From: Mesotaenium endlicherianum
Lineage: Eukaryota
Direction: 5' to 3'
DNA length: 64,000 nt
NCBI GenBank assembly: GCA_009602735.1
Contig: WELA01003054.1
Coordinates: 70,408 to 134,407 of the forward strand
Under the pieces are notes generated by a model that saw only the letters and a list, made by a program, of their open reading frames with translations, did not search any database and was not told where the DNA came from. A program made the position numbers and the translations under genes. How positions within the stretch are numbered: the stretch's first letter is position 1; the number at the start of each line of letters is the position of its first letter. Positions 27,416 through 39,517 of this stretch are shown in pieces.

Positions 27416-30400
27416 TCAGTGATGCCCTCCAACGCCCGGAGGATGATGTCCCTTCACTTTAGGCGGCGGGGGGGAGCGACGAACTGGAGGAGGTGGAGAT
27501 GTTTTTTTCGGAGGATGATGGCCCTTCACTCGCGGTGGAGGAGGGCGGCGCACTGCAGGAGGAGGTAACCCTCTAGCTCTTGGCGGAGGCGGGGGGGGGG
27601 ACTTAGCACGGGGAGGAGGAGGTGGGGGCGCTTCTTTCCTGGGCGGTGGGGGCGAAGGTTGGGCTTTCACAGGTGGCGCAGGTGGGGGTGACTTGCGGGG
27701 GGGCGGAGACGAGGGTGCGCGGGGGGAGAGCGGTCCCGAGCGTCGGATCTGCGGCGGCGCCCGGATCCACGGCCTCCCCTGCACGTTGATCCAGCTTGTG
27801 GAGAGGAACGGCGCGGCCTCGCGCACAGTGAGCGCTCGCGAGAAATTCACGCGCCGCGTAAGGTCTGCGCCGGGCCCGCTGTTGTTGAACTCGGCGAAAA
27901 AGAAGGACTTGACATGCGCACTGTAGTTGCCCACGGCGCCCCACCCCACGGGGTCGACGGCGCCCGGGCCGAGGTACGAATTCGCAATGACAGTGAAAGC
28001 GGCAGGGCCCCAGCCGCGGCCGAGGAAACCGGGGCGAATCTGGCCGCCGCCATACGTGGTGAGGCGGCTGTTGAGGATGACGAAGCCGGAGGTCATGCTC
28101 GTGTCCATGCGCGCGTTGGCTGTGAAGCCGCCGCCGGGCGCCACGAGGCGCACGTTGCACTGGTGGAAGAGCGCCTTGGCCTTGCCAAACGCAAAGTCGA
28201 TGCTCCCGTAGATGTCTGCGCAATTGGAGACGATTTAAGGCAATTTTTGAAGCAATGTTCAGGTAATTAAGGCAATTCAGAGGTAGCCTGAGGCAATCTG
28301 ACGGCCATTGAAACAGTTTTTAGGCAGATCTTTAGGTACTTATATCAATCTACAGTTAAGGCGAGGAGAGCCATGTGTAGGGGGCGCTTATCCACGCGTA
28401 CATATGCACAAGGGTGCAGATGATACGAGAATGCTGACCCCGAGGGAGAGCACGTGACAGGCGGCAAGATGGTGCGGAAACACAAGCACTTCAGATTAGA
28501 AACAACATGCGAGTGCTGGTCACAGAAATGCAGAGTGGCAACGACACGCAGCTGCACTCAGATTTTTAGCAAAAGTACGCAAACGCATGCACGCATGCCC
28601 TCACGGTGGGTGCGCAAATCCACGTGGCACTCGACGATAAGCACCCAGAACCATGACCTCGCAGTGAAAGTGTGCATCCTTACAAGGAGGACACGTGCCA
28701 ACTCCAAAAGGTTGAGCTTGACACTCTTGGCGACAGGCGGAAAGTGCACAAAGAAGCAGAGCCTATCAGATGTGTGCCTCATGAGAAGAGGGCAGTGTTG
28801 CATCCACAGGGGAAGGAGGGGAGTAGGCTTACTGCAATTCTTGTAGTAGTGGATGCCGCCGTGCGCGTACAGGGTGTCCTGCAGCACATGTACACTACAA
28901 ATAATTATATACTCGTGATTCAATACATGTGTGAGTATACATTATCATGTGAATGTGAACAGCTAACTATGACGCACAATTTAGCACGGACCAAACAGTC
29001 ACGAAAAGCAACTGTTGCTACACTGGAAATGCAGCAGCAGAAGAGCTTAAGATGAACCTTCCTTCTCACCAGAAGCATTCGACATGCATGACATCTGCCG
29101 ACAGGAAACTCAACACCAGAGAAGAACACCTATAGTGCACACTATCGGCTCACTCCTCCCTCCTCAAGTCCAGGCAGCTTCGTCTCGCTTGGCCTACCCT
29201 TCTCTATGACACTCCAGTTGGCATGCAGGAGGCAGGAGGCAGCGTGCCAGTACACAGGGAGCCTGCTCCGAGACATATCACAACAAATAGCAGGAGGGAA
29301 ACATTTCAAGCAATTGCAAGCGGTGATGAGAGCACATGAGGTGGGGCCTTCACATCTCTTGCCAAGATGGCCCTGGCCTGGCAACTGGCTCAGGAAAGCT
29401 TCCTGCTAAATCAACCGTTGGGCCGAGAGGGAGTACGGGGGTGAGGGCGAGAGTGGGAGGGCTGGAGAGCGGGGAGAGGTTGCTCCTGCGGCCACGAGAG
29501 GGTGCCGGTCATACCTGGTGGCCGACGATGCTGGAGTCGTAAAAGGCCACCTGGTCGCCAGTAACCTGCAGCGCCACCGCCTGGTCGCCGTCCGGCCTGC
29601 CACCTCAGCAAGGGCACCGCAGCCGCTCGCCAGCTCAGAGCATGCATCACAACATACGGCTCTGCACCAGGTCACGTCCGCCGCTCTGCGTTCCAGAGCT
29701 GCAGGGCGCCTTGCAATATGCCCGAGGCTAGCGTGGGGGAGAGAGGGAGGAGGAGCGGGGAGGAAGGTGTGCAAACGCCTCCATCTACGAGCACGCACAC
29801 AAGTGCAGCTTCGTACGCTCGTGCACAGCAGACATGGCAGGCATGGCAGGCGCCGCAGGCAGAGAGCGTGTGATGAGAGATGATGAGAGAGAAAGAGAGA
29901 GGGAGAGGGGGGGGATCGAGCTCCGGGGGGACTGAGCGTAAGAAGGGAAAAAGGGGGGGGGGGGGGAGGGGCTTGCTGCCGAGGGCTGGCGTTACGCACC
30001 GGTTGCTGCCAGCATGCGAGTTCTCCACAATGAGGCCCGAGCCGATGAAGAAGGGCGCCTTCACCCACATGGTGGAGGAGCTGGCCGTCTTCACCACCTG
30101 GCCGTTGGGCATGCGCATGCCGGAGTGCAGGCTGGCGGTGACGGTGGTGCGGCCCGCGTCGCCGATGATGGCCAGGTACTTGAGCCGCTTTGCCACCTGC
30201 ACGCACGCGCGCGCGCATGCGGGGGGCAGGGGGGCGACGGAGGCACGGCAGGCAGGAGGCAGGAGGCAGGGAGGAAGGAGGCAGAGTCAGCGGCAAGGAG
30301 GTAGAGGCGGTGGCAGAGGCAAGGGAGGCTGCAACAGGGTCAACGGCTGGGACAGAGTGAGTCACAGAGTGAGGGGGGGGGCGAGGCAGAGGCAAAGGGC

Positions 30401-32123
30401 GGATGCAGGGGGCAGGCTCAGCAGAGTCAACAGAAGAAAGACAGAGGCAGAGGCAGGGGCAGAGGCAGAGGCAGAGGCGCAGGCACAGGCAAAAGTGCAG
30501 GCACAGGCAGAGGTGCGGGCAGATGATGACGACGAGGAGGAGGAGCCAGGTGACGGGGGGCGGGGGGGTGGGTGTCAGCCCGGCCAGGTCGGTGCCGCCA
30601 GCAAGGCAGGGAGAGGGTGTCAGCAACGTTCTGCTGTTCTGTCTGTGCGTGCACGCATGCCTGCGTGTGTGCATGCGTGTGCTTGTCTGCCGTTTCTCTG
30701 ATTTTCATGACACAGGTCCTTGACCGAGAAACGGGGAGCAGGTAGCTCTCCTCTGGCCCCGCGGCATCAGGACAAACTCACGGGCAGGTCCATGTGTCGC
30801 ACACACAGCAGCACACGGGCAGCCAAGCTTCCGCGGTGCCGCTCTTTACACTCCTCTGCCGCGCCCTCCGCGTTAGGCTGTCTGGCAAAAGGCGCGCGCT
30901 ATGTGATTCGAACCTCGGTTCTTGGCCGCTTGCCCGCACGGCGAGCTCAGAGTGGAATGCTCTGGTCACTTTCCCCGACACATAAAGTTGAAGAAGTGCC
31001 TCATTTGATCATCACCATGAATTTATATCTTGGGTGGGGCAGATGCAGAGCTTGCAAGCCCATTCCTTCAGTTCCCCTCTATCTTCCCCCCCTGACTGCC
31101 TTGCCCCCCTAGCTTCAGCCAACTTCTCCCTAATGCTCCCTTTAGAGTGTCTCTTTCCGATTCTTGCAAGCTTATTCACGAGAAAGTTGGAGGATGAAGC
31201 CAAGAAAGTGGGGGTAGGAAAACCGAAAAGAAAAGGCAATATGTTTTGAACACGGTGCTTGTTTCACGCACCGTGACGTTGCCTTTGTATGTGCCAGCCT
31301 TGAGGTAGATGACAAAGTACTTGTCCGGACTGCCAGGCTTAGCAGCAGCGAGAGCCTCCTGCAGGTAGGATGGGAGCAAGGGCAAGAAGAGAAAGAGCGA
31401 AAACAGCTGTCAGCCACGGTCCTTTGCCAAGAAGCACCAGATAGGGAGTGTTTTCCGAGAAGGAGAGAGCAATGCAATGCAGTAAGCTGTATAAGAATCG
31501 TCTGAGTCCTCAGCCTCCAACAAAGCAGACGCCCCCAGCTACACCAACTGAAGACGCATGCTTGACGCAGACGCTAGGCATGCAGAGGTGGAGGGGGAAG
31601 AGCGGAGGCACGACTGCTTGAGGAGATTCTTGATGCCAGTCAGCTAGCGACTGGCAACTGGCCATGGCTTGGGCCTCAGCACTCTGGCCCCATGCCTATG
31701 ACGGACGCACTCATTGGATGACCTCGAGGATAACGACACGAAATCAACGTACCAGCTCAGAGGATCAGAACAACTGTCAACTCTTGTTCGTAAAAGCCCA
31801 GGAAGGACAGACAGACTTTCTTTTCAGGTGTGAAGCTATACGGTGATCAACTCCTGCCGCGGAGGCCATAGTAGAAGGAGAGGCGGAGAGGAGAAGGAAG
31901 AGGTGGGGGCGTGTGTGACTCATGGGGGACTTACAATAAGGTTGCGGAAGTGCCCAGTTCCATCTTGGGCCACGACAAGGTCGGGTGTTACGTACGACAG
32001 GCCCTCAACGGTAACGGGTTCCCAGCAGGTGCTCCAGAATAATACCACAGCCATCAGACCAGTATACATGGTTCTTGAAGTCATAGTGCCACGAAGCTGA
32101 GCTTTAATCACCATTGGAGCCAC
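27416..32123 (-). CDS. PME: Pectin methylesterase (CE8) with N-terminal signal/anchor, no PMEI pro-domain, and a C-terminal Ser-Pro(n) extensin-like tail. Exons 32123-31935, 31358-31272, 30196-30000, 29596-29515, 28878-28833, 28215-27416
   Basis: Motifs VVAQDGTGHF, VIYLKAGTYK, QAVAL, GHQDTLY, YGSIDFAFG, FLGRGW, FAEFNNSGPGA and RVNFS, then about 110 aa of SPPP/PPPP/K/R-rich sequence. Splice phases are consistent. Confidence 0.9.
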
Positions 32124-33666
32124 TATGAAGTTAGGACTAGTGCAACAGTTTGCAAGACACCTGCATCACTTGCATGACTCGCTTATGTTTGCAGTGGATG
32201 TTGCTGATCACTATATAGTGCTGTGTAGTGCACACTGCGCAGCTCAGTGCGTGGGTCACGTCTTTAGGTAGTGGAAAGTGGGAAGTAGATCTAGACTTCG
32301 ACATGCAAGCGGTAATTGGTGTAGGCAGGTGCAGGTGAAGGCAATATTTTTCGCTGGCACTGGCTTTTGTCATCACCGACTATTACAAATGAGCAGCTCA
32401 AAATCGGTCATCATATTGCTGAACCCAGCTGAATCTGTGGATCTGTTCTTGACAGGAAATGCGTACGGAACTGACACCCAGAGCAGACTTTGGTGGACCT
32501 TTTGGAAGTGCTCGAGAGACTCGAGAGGCCCAGACTCCAGAGCACTCCAGAGTCGAGCTCGCTCGTGATCGGAAGGTGCTCGCAAGTGCTCGTCAACCGC
32601 AAGCATTCGTGAGTCGTGACGCGTGAGTCAGAAATGCGACTCATTCCTGTGACTATGTGGTAAAGTGAAAACTCTTGGATAGCTTCACCATTTGCCACGA
32701 GACAAAACTGAAAGTACAGATAGTGTGTCATTATCATTCTTCTCACTGATTCTGGTCCGTGTGAGATCTGCTTACATCAGCCAAGTGTTTTCGCTTCTTT
32801 CTCCCCCATTTACTCTCGTCAGCTGTTCGTGCAGGTTCGTGTCATCAAGCCACACATGAGCAGCAGACGAAGCTGCACACGAAATTTGAGCAGTTGTCCA
32901 AGTCGCACCTGGATAACAAAGATAAAATCTTAAACGAAATCATTGGCCCAGAAATAAACAGAAGTCGCAGAAAATCCTCATACAAGCTATAGCTATTGCT
33001 ATGTAACATATAGAAAACTGTGACCTGCCATTATACTGTTCTTTTCACTTTCTGACTCGCGATCGTGCGTTTGTATCACAAAAACTTCGAAGGTAGTATT
33101 CTCGATTATTTTTGACCAACTTGAGCAAGACTAGGCATTGACAATCTCGTGCCGGCGCAACATCGCCTTGTCAAGGTCCAGGTGGGGCCTTTTGATGGCA
33201 CTTGGAAGGCGGGATTTGGGTAGAATTTATTCGACCGTGTCACATCGACAGAATTTGGAAAGTTCGTAAGAGATGGTCGAATACAGGACTCGACCAGCAA
33301 CTTTTGGAGTATGACAGCAACGTGTCAACTTCTCTACCGGGTAATTCTTCAAATATTTGGCGGTTCCTTTTAGTAGCCAGTTTATGGCAGCGAAAAAGCA
33401 GCAGCCGGCGGAATGGGAGGTCAACACCCTACATTTCCGCACAGGTATGTGGACCACTATTCTGCTTCCGCCACCGTCGAAATTCAACGTTTACAACCAA
33501 CCAGCCGCCATATACCGCCCCTCAGCCGTCAGTAGCCGTCGCTGGCAATTCCTAAGCGTCGACAATGTCGCTGCACGATAGTGTCACAGAACACGAACGT
33601 CGAGACCAGACGCGCGGTCCGTGTCCACTGACTCATCATCCACAATTGTGAAATTACTAGCCACAC

Positions 33667-33996
33667 CATGGGACACTAACACTTTTGTCCAGGAGGGCGT
33701 TCTTTGAGAAAAAAAATCAAAGGATTTGCAATTGGATAAAAAATCAATATGTTGTGCATCTTGGTGAATTTAATCAAAATTCACATGTTTTTGCGGCATG
33801 TTTTCAGGTTGCCGTCTTTCCTGCGGCAAATATCAACTGTTTTCTTGCGAAAAAATCAACCGTCCGGAGTTGCCTGCGGCGCATTTTCAACCTTGCGAAA
33901 AAAAATCAATGAGACGAAGAAAGCGGTGGCTTCACTTGCATACTTAGCGATTTTTTTCAATAATTCAGGAATCTTTGCGACAGTTAGCACCCCATG
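33667..33996. mobile_element. 330-bp non-autonomous hAT-type DNA transposon (MITE)
   Basis: 8-bp TSD AGCCACAC at 33659-33666 and 33997-34004. Imperfect 14-bp TIRs CATGGGACACTAAC and GTTAGCACCCCATG (11/14 match). Repeated internal AAAAATCAA motifs. Confidence 0.8.
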
Positions 33997-35102
33997 AGCC
34001 ACACTACCAGCAACCACCACGCAACAGACCAGCACGTTGCCACTACTGGAAACTTAAGCCACTTCAATGAAACAGTCATCTGATGGTCAAAGAACTTGAC
34101 TTGACTTGAAGCATTTACAAAGACTTAACTTTGAAGCATTCACAACCATTACGATCGTGTACGACCTGCTACAACCACTATTGAACATACTTGGTCCTTG
34201 TATATGGTAAGAATTGGTAATTTCTGACCAAAAGAGCAAATGATTTCTAACCTTTCAAACCTCTTCAAACCAATTAACAACAAGAGATAGGAACAACAGG
34301 TTGAACTTCGGCTGACAACCAGCCCACGGCGTATGACTTCCACTGTGCACAGTCGCACTCTCACTAACTGTAGAGAGATTGGAAAAAATGATTCGTGTGA
34401 CGCTGTGTGACGCGGAGTTGGTACCTCATGGAATTATAGTTTGAAGTTTGAATTACTCCATTTCACTCATATAATCATGAAGAGTGATGCAGTTGTGAGT
34501 TAAGAGAGCATATGTACAAGTGCTTCGAGTACGCGCGCGTAGGGACTGACTGGGTAACTTTACTCGATCTCCTACTTCTAGGAGTAATTTTATCCTAATT
34601 TATGCTAATAAAATTGAGTTGTATACTATTTAGAATAAGCTACTTATCAAGTTTTCTATTAATGACTCGTTTTCTAGTGTTTAGAGCACAAGATGTGTAC
34701 TTGTAGTCATGACTCGTGCTATTCATCTTGCTCATTGTTTAAAGGGTGGGTGGGTGGGACCTAGCAGTACTATTGTATTGCACTGCAATGAGTCTAGCAT
34801 GCATTTATGTGAGCTATATAGTGTTGTCATAGCACCTGCTAAATTCTAGAAGTCTACTTCGAGAATGATTGAAATTGGAAATGAATGACTTTTAGGAGCT
34901 TAGGAATTATATATCTTGAAAATTTGAACGAATGTCGTGCCTAACAGCGTCGAACCTCTGGCACGTGCGTGGCTTCTCAGCACGTGTGCCTTCAACCTGG
35001 TCGACGTGTCGGCTGCCCTTCTCGCGTGCGGGGATTCCCTGGTCGTTTGGGCGGTGCGTTGCTGCACGTGGGAAATCGACTGGATTGATCGACCTTTGCA
35101 CG

Positions 35103-35846
35103 TGAAAGGGGCTGAGTGCCCTAGTGGAAGCGTAGTGACTCACGAGGAAAAGAACTAGCTGCAATCATACTAAAGAGTGCAGCGGCATATCACTAAGAAA
35201 GCTTAGGAAAATTACTCAACATTTTGAGTAGCAAGGAACTGCTCACAAATGATGTAGGATGAAAGGCCTTGTCATTACAAACCCGTAGAAATTTACAGAA
35301 GTGAAAACTGATAAGAAACAAAGAAGTTCTGCCTATTTATAATTTTCTGCCTAAGTGCTCCTCCTTAGGAGAAAGCTACGGATTTTCCTAAGTGTTCGTC
35401 AAATCGTCCCTTCCAAAATAATCGTGAGTGAGCCAAATCAGTCTAATCTGACGTGTCGGGCCAAATTGACGTCCACATACATGCATCGACATTACTAATA
35501 TATTCTATCTTAGACGCGCTAGGCTAAACCCAAACTTCTAGGTAAATCGACCTAGTCGGCACTCCGCGTCAACCAAGTTTACGTGAAGGTTCGAGTTCAT
35601 TCTAACGGGCCAGATCGCTCGACACTGTCGGTCAATCCGACGGTCGCGCTCACCGCGAATTAAGCACAGTCGTCAACCGACCTCAAAACTAATTAAACTT
35701 CAGGAATCCGTAACTCTCTCAATACTTGACCAAATTCGATGAACTTTATATCAAAATGACCACAAAAATGCACTCTACACTACTATACAATCAAAACATA
35801 CTTTTATGAAACTCAAAAATGCACTTTATAAACCTATGACCTTACA
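35103..35846 (-). repeat. 3' LTR (744 bp) of chromovirus
   Basis: TG...CA ends. Immediately preceded on the minus strand by the polypurine tract GAGGAGGGGGATGA (35847-35860). Confidence 0.95.
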
Positions 35847-38800
35847 TCATCCCCCTCCTCAAGATGCGACGTTCTCGACGCATTTTGCAGATAACGTCTC
35901 AACTTACTCTTATAATGAGTCAAGTTGGCCTCTGGCTCCCAAGTGTTGTCGTCCGCATGGTAGCCTTTCCACTTGACCAGATACTCTTGGACAAATTGTT
36001 GACCTCGCTTGACTCGTCGATCGCCGACAATCGCCTCCACTTCATACTCCAATACATCATCGATCTCGACCGGTGGTGGCGGTGTAGGTAGTCGTCCTGG
36101 ATGTCCTTCATTCGGGTCAACGTATGGCCGCAAACAACTGACATGGAACACATCATGGATACGCCAGCCTGAAGGAAGTTCCAACTTGTAGGCCACTGAA
36201 TTCACCTGCTTGAGCACTACAAAGGGACCTGTAAACCGTGCCCGTAGTTTCCTCTTGCCTGTGAAAGGTAGGTTCTCTGTGGACAAGAGTACTTTGTCGC
36301 CCACATGGAATGTCACTTCCCTCCTGTGCTTGTTAGCATGCTTGACCTGCTCTTCCTGTGCCTTCCGAATACACGTCTTCGCCATGTGCCAAGTGTTGGC
36401 CATCTGCTCCATAAAAGCTTGTGTAGTAGGAACCTGAGTCTCCTTGGCCTTCTCCAACAAGATGTTCCCTGGATGATATACTTCTCTCCCATAAACCATA
36501 GCGAATGGTGACTGCTTGGTCGATCCCTGCATGCTGTTGTTGTAGGCAAACTCCAATCCTGGCAGCTTCTTGTCCCACTCTGAAGGGTCCTCCATAGTGA
36601 AACTCCTGAGCACCTCTTGCAGAGTTCTGTTGAGCCTCTCACTCTGCCCATCTGTCTGAGGGTGATAGGAAGTGCTCATACTCAGCTTGGTCCCCATCAA
36701 AGTAAACAATGACCGCCAAAAGTTGCTAGTAAACCTTGGATCCCGATCTGAAACAATCACCTTCGGCAACCCATGTAGCCTGAAAATATGATCAAAGAAT
36801 AGCCGTGCCACATCTGCTGCCGTAGAAGTCTCCTTCATGGGAATGAAGTGAGCCATCTTGCTGAGTCTGTCAGACACTACCCATACTGCATCGTGCCCTT
36901 GACCACTGACTGGTAACGATGTGATGAAGTCCATAGCAATCTGCTCCCAAGGATACTCTGGAATAGGCAGGGGCCGCAATGTACCTCCCTTCTTTTGATT
37001 TGGTGTCTTGTTTCTCTGGCACGCATCGCAACTCCTGATCCACTCCTCGATGTCCTTGTCCATATTTCTCCAGTAGTATTCCCGCTTCAGCACGCTTGCC
37101 GTCTTCTCGCTTCCAAAGTGTCCAGCATATAAGCAGTCATGATGCTCCGCAAGTAGTAAGTCTCGTAGCTCCTTGATGTCAGGTACCACCACTCTCTTGG
37201 AATCACCATAATACCATATGCCGTCCTTCTTCTGCATACTCGCGTTGAACTCCGCTGCTCCACCATCAGCAAACTGTGGGTCCTCCTCATAACCTTTTTG
37301 AAGCTTCTCCTTGAAGTCCATATTCTCCTTGATGACTGAGACAGCTGCAAGGTCACACCTCCTGGATAAAGCGTCTGCAGGGTTGATCTTCCCAGGTAAG
37401 TACTCAATCTTGTGGTCGAACTGTTGCAGAAACTCCATCCACCTTGCTTGTCTTGGTGTCAACGTTGGCTGCGTCATAAACTTCTCCAAGCTCTTGTGGT
37501 CGGTCTTGATGAACACCTTCCGACCGTCCACATAACATCGCCAAATCCTCAAAGCCTGGATAATAGCCAACATCTCTCGCTCGTGTGCTGCATAGTTCTG
37601 CTCTGCAGGACTCAACTTCCTGCTCTCATATGCCACAGGCTGCAATCCTTTGCCCTGGTCCTGGAGAAGAATGGCTCCCACTGCAAAGTTTGACGCGTCT
37701 GTGATGATGGTGAAAGGAAGCTCTGGACTGGCAATTGCCAACACAGGTGCCTGTGTTAACAGCTCTTTAATCTTCTCGAAGGCTTGCTGCTCCTTGTCAC
37801 CCCATAGCCACTTCTCCTGCTTCTTCAACATGTCCGTGAGCGGTGCACACACCTTGGCAAATCCTTCAATGAAACGTCGGTAATAATTCGCCATGCCGAG
37901 GAAACTCCTGAGTTGATGAATATCAGCAGGTACCGGCCAATCTCTGACTGCTTGCACCTTCTTCTGCTCCACCTTGACTCCTTCAGCTCCCACTATGTGT
38001 CCAAGAAACTCGACCTCCTTGAGACAGAAGTCGCACTTGCTCATCTTCCCATACAGCTTTTGATCTCTCAAGACCTCCAACACCTTCCTCAGATGCTCCA
38101 CATGCTCTTCCAAGGTCTTCGAATAGATCAGGATGTCGTCCAAAAATACCACCACAAACTGGTCCAAGTAGGGTCTGAAGATACTATTCATGAGTCCCAT
38201 GAATGTAGCAGGTGCATTAGTCAATCCAAAAGGCATGACTGTGAACTCGAACAAACCATAGCGAGTTCTGAAAGCAGTCTTCTGAACGTCTCCTTCCGCA
38301 ATCCGTACCTGGTGATAGCCACTCCTCAAATCGATCTTCGAGAAATACTTCGCCCCGACAAGCCTGTCAATCAACTCGTCCACTCGTGGAAGTGGGTACC
38401 TGTTCTTGATGGTGACCTTGTTGAGTGCCCGGTAGTCGACACACATCCTCATAGTCCCATCCTTCTTCTTCACAAATAAGACTGGCGCTGCAAATGGAGA
38501 CTCGCTGGGTCGGATGAATCCCTTCTCCAATAACTCTGTCAGTTGCTTCTTTAACTCATCCAACTCCGCAAACGATTGTCGATAGGCGGGTCTCACTGGT
38601 GGCTTGCTCCCTGGTTCCAACTCAATCTTGTGCTCCATAGCTCTCTGTGGAGGTAATCCTGCAGGTAGCTCCTCAGGAAATACGCACTTGAACTCCTCCA
38701 ACAGCGCCTTAATTTGGGCAGGCATCTCAGCAGGCTTCTTCTCTTGAGCAGTTGGGCTCTGCTCCTTCTGAGCAAGGGGATCAGACACCACTACTTGCTC

Positions 38801-39517
38801 CTCCGGCGATGTACATTCGCCCAGGCTGTTAGGATTCACGCTTGCTCCATCTGATGACCTGGCCAGGGCCACCGAAACAAGGTACATCTCCTTCACCTAA
38901 TTCGCCCTGCATAGCTTTTTAACTTGCAGGCTCGACAGAAGACAGTTACTTGTGGTCGTATCTACCTCCACCTGTTTCGCTGTCTCCATTCGACCATCAC
39001 GCCCTTGGACTTTCACTTGTCCTGTGCTCCAGTGCACTTGAGGGTTGGCTTTCCTTAGCCATGGTCGGCCCAATATCACCTCATGGTGACCCAACTCTGC
39101 CTGCTCCATAACTTCCTTACTCCGGTGCCCCGCTACTTCCACGTGAATAGCTTCCGTAGGTGCACCACACTTGAGTCTCTGCCCATTTGCCAAAATTGCC
39201 TCCTTAGGCTCATAATGCTTCTGCACAGGGACTCGCCACTCTTTCACCAGCTTCTTGTGCACAAAGTTTGCACTTGCGCCACTGTCGACCATACACTTCG
39301 CATTGTTGCCGTCGACCACTCCTTCCACGATGATAGGCTTGTCAACGTCTCGTCCTTTGCTTCTCGGCAGGCTCCTGGGGATAACCTCCTTGTGAGTTCT
39401 CGTCTTCACGCCAGTAGACACCCCAGAACGACTTACTGGCGTCCTCCTTTTTCCTGCTGTTGAGGTTGCTTCGCCTTCACATGACAGTCTCGAGCCAGAT
39501 GTCCAAGCTTGCCGCAA
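35834..39517 (-). pseudogene. pol: Chromovirus pol (protease-RT-RNase H-integrase-chromodomain) with a single premature TAG at 38897-38899
   Basis: Protease VDSGA. RT motifs [38 protein letters not shown]. RNase [20 protein letters not shown]. Integrase HHCC and MDF..SDRD..ERLN. Chromodomain [22 protein letters not shown]. The paralogous copy has CAG at the TAG position. Confidence 0.93.
39408..39454 (-). promoter_or_regulatory. Putative -1 ribosomal frameshift signal (G GAA AAA plus stem-loop) at the gag/pol overlap
   Basis: pol is in the -1 frame relative to gag. GGAAAAA at 39454-39448 is followed after 5 nt by a perfect 9-bp stem ACGCCAGTA/TACTGGCGT. Both stem arms and the heptamer are conserved in the second copy (about 42555-42601). 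Confidence 0.7.

Noticed and set aside
32373..33581. Short ORFs between PME and the MITE
   Set aside because: No recognisable motif, codon bias or splice pattern.
38897..38899. Programmed stop-codon readthrough between protease and RT
   Set aside because: The second copy has CAG at this codon, so a nonsense mutation is the simpler explanation.
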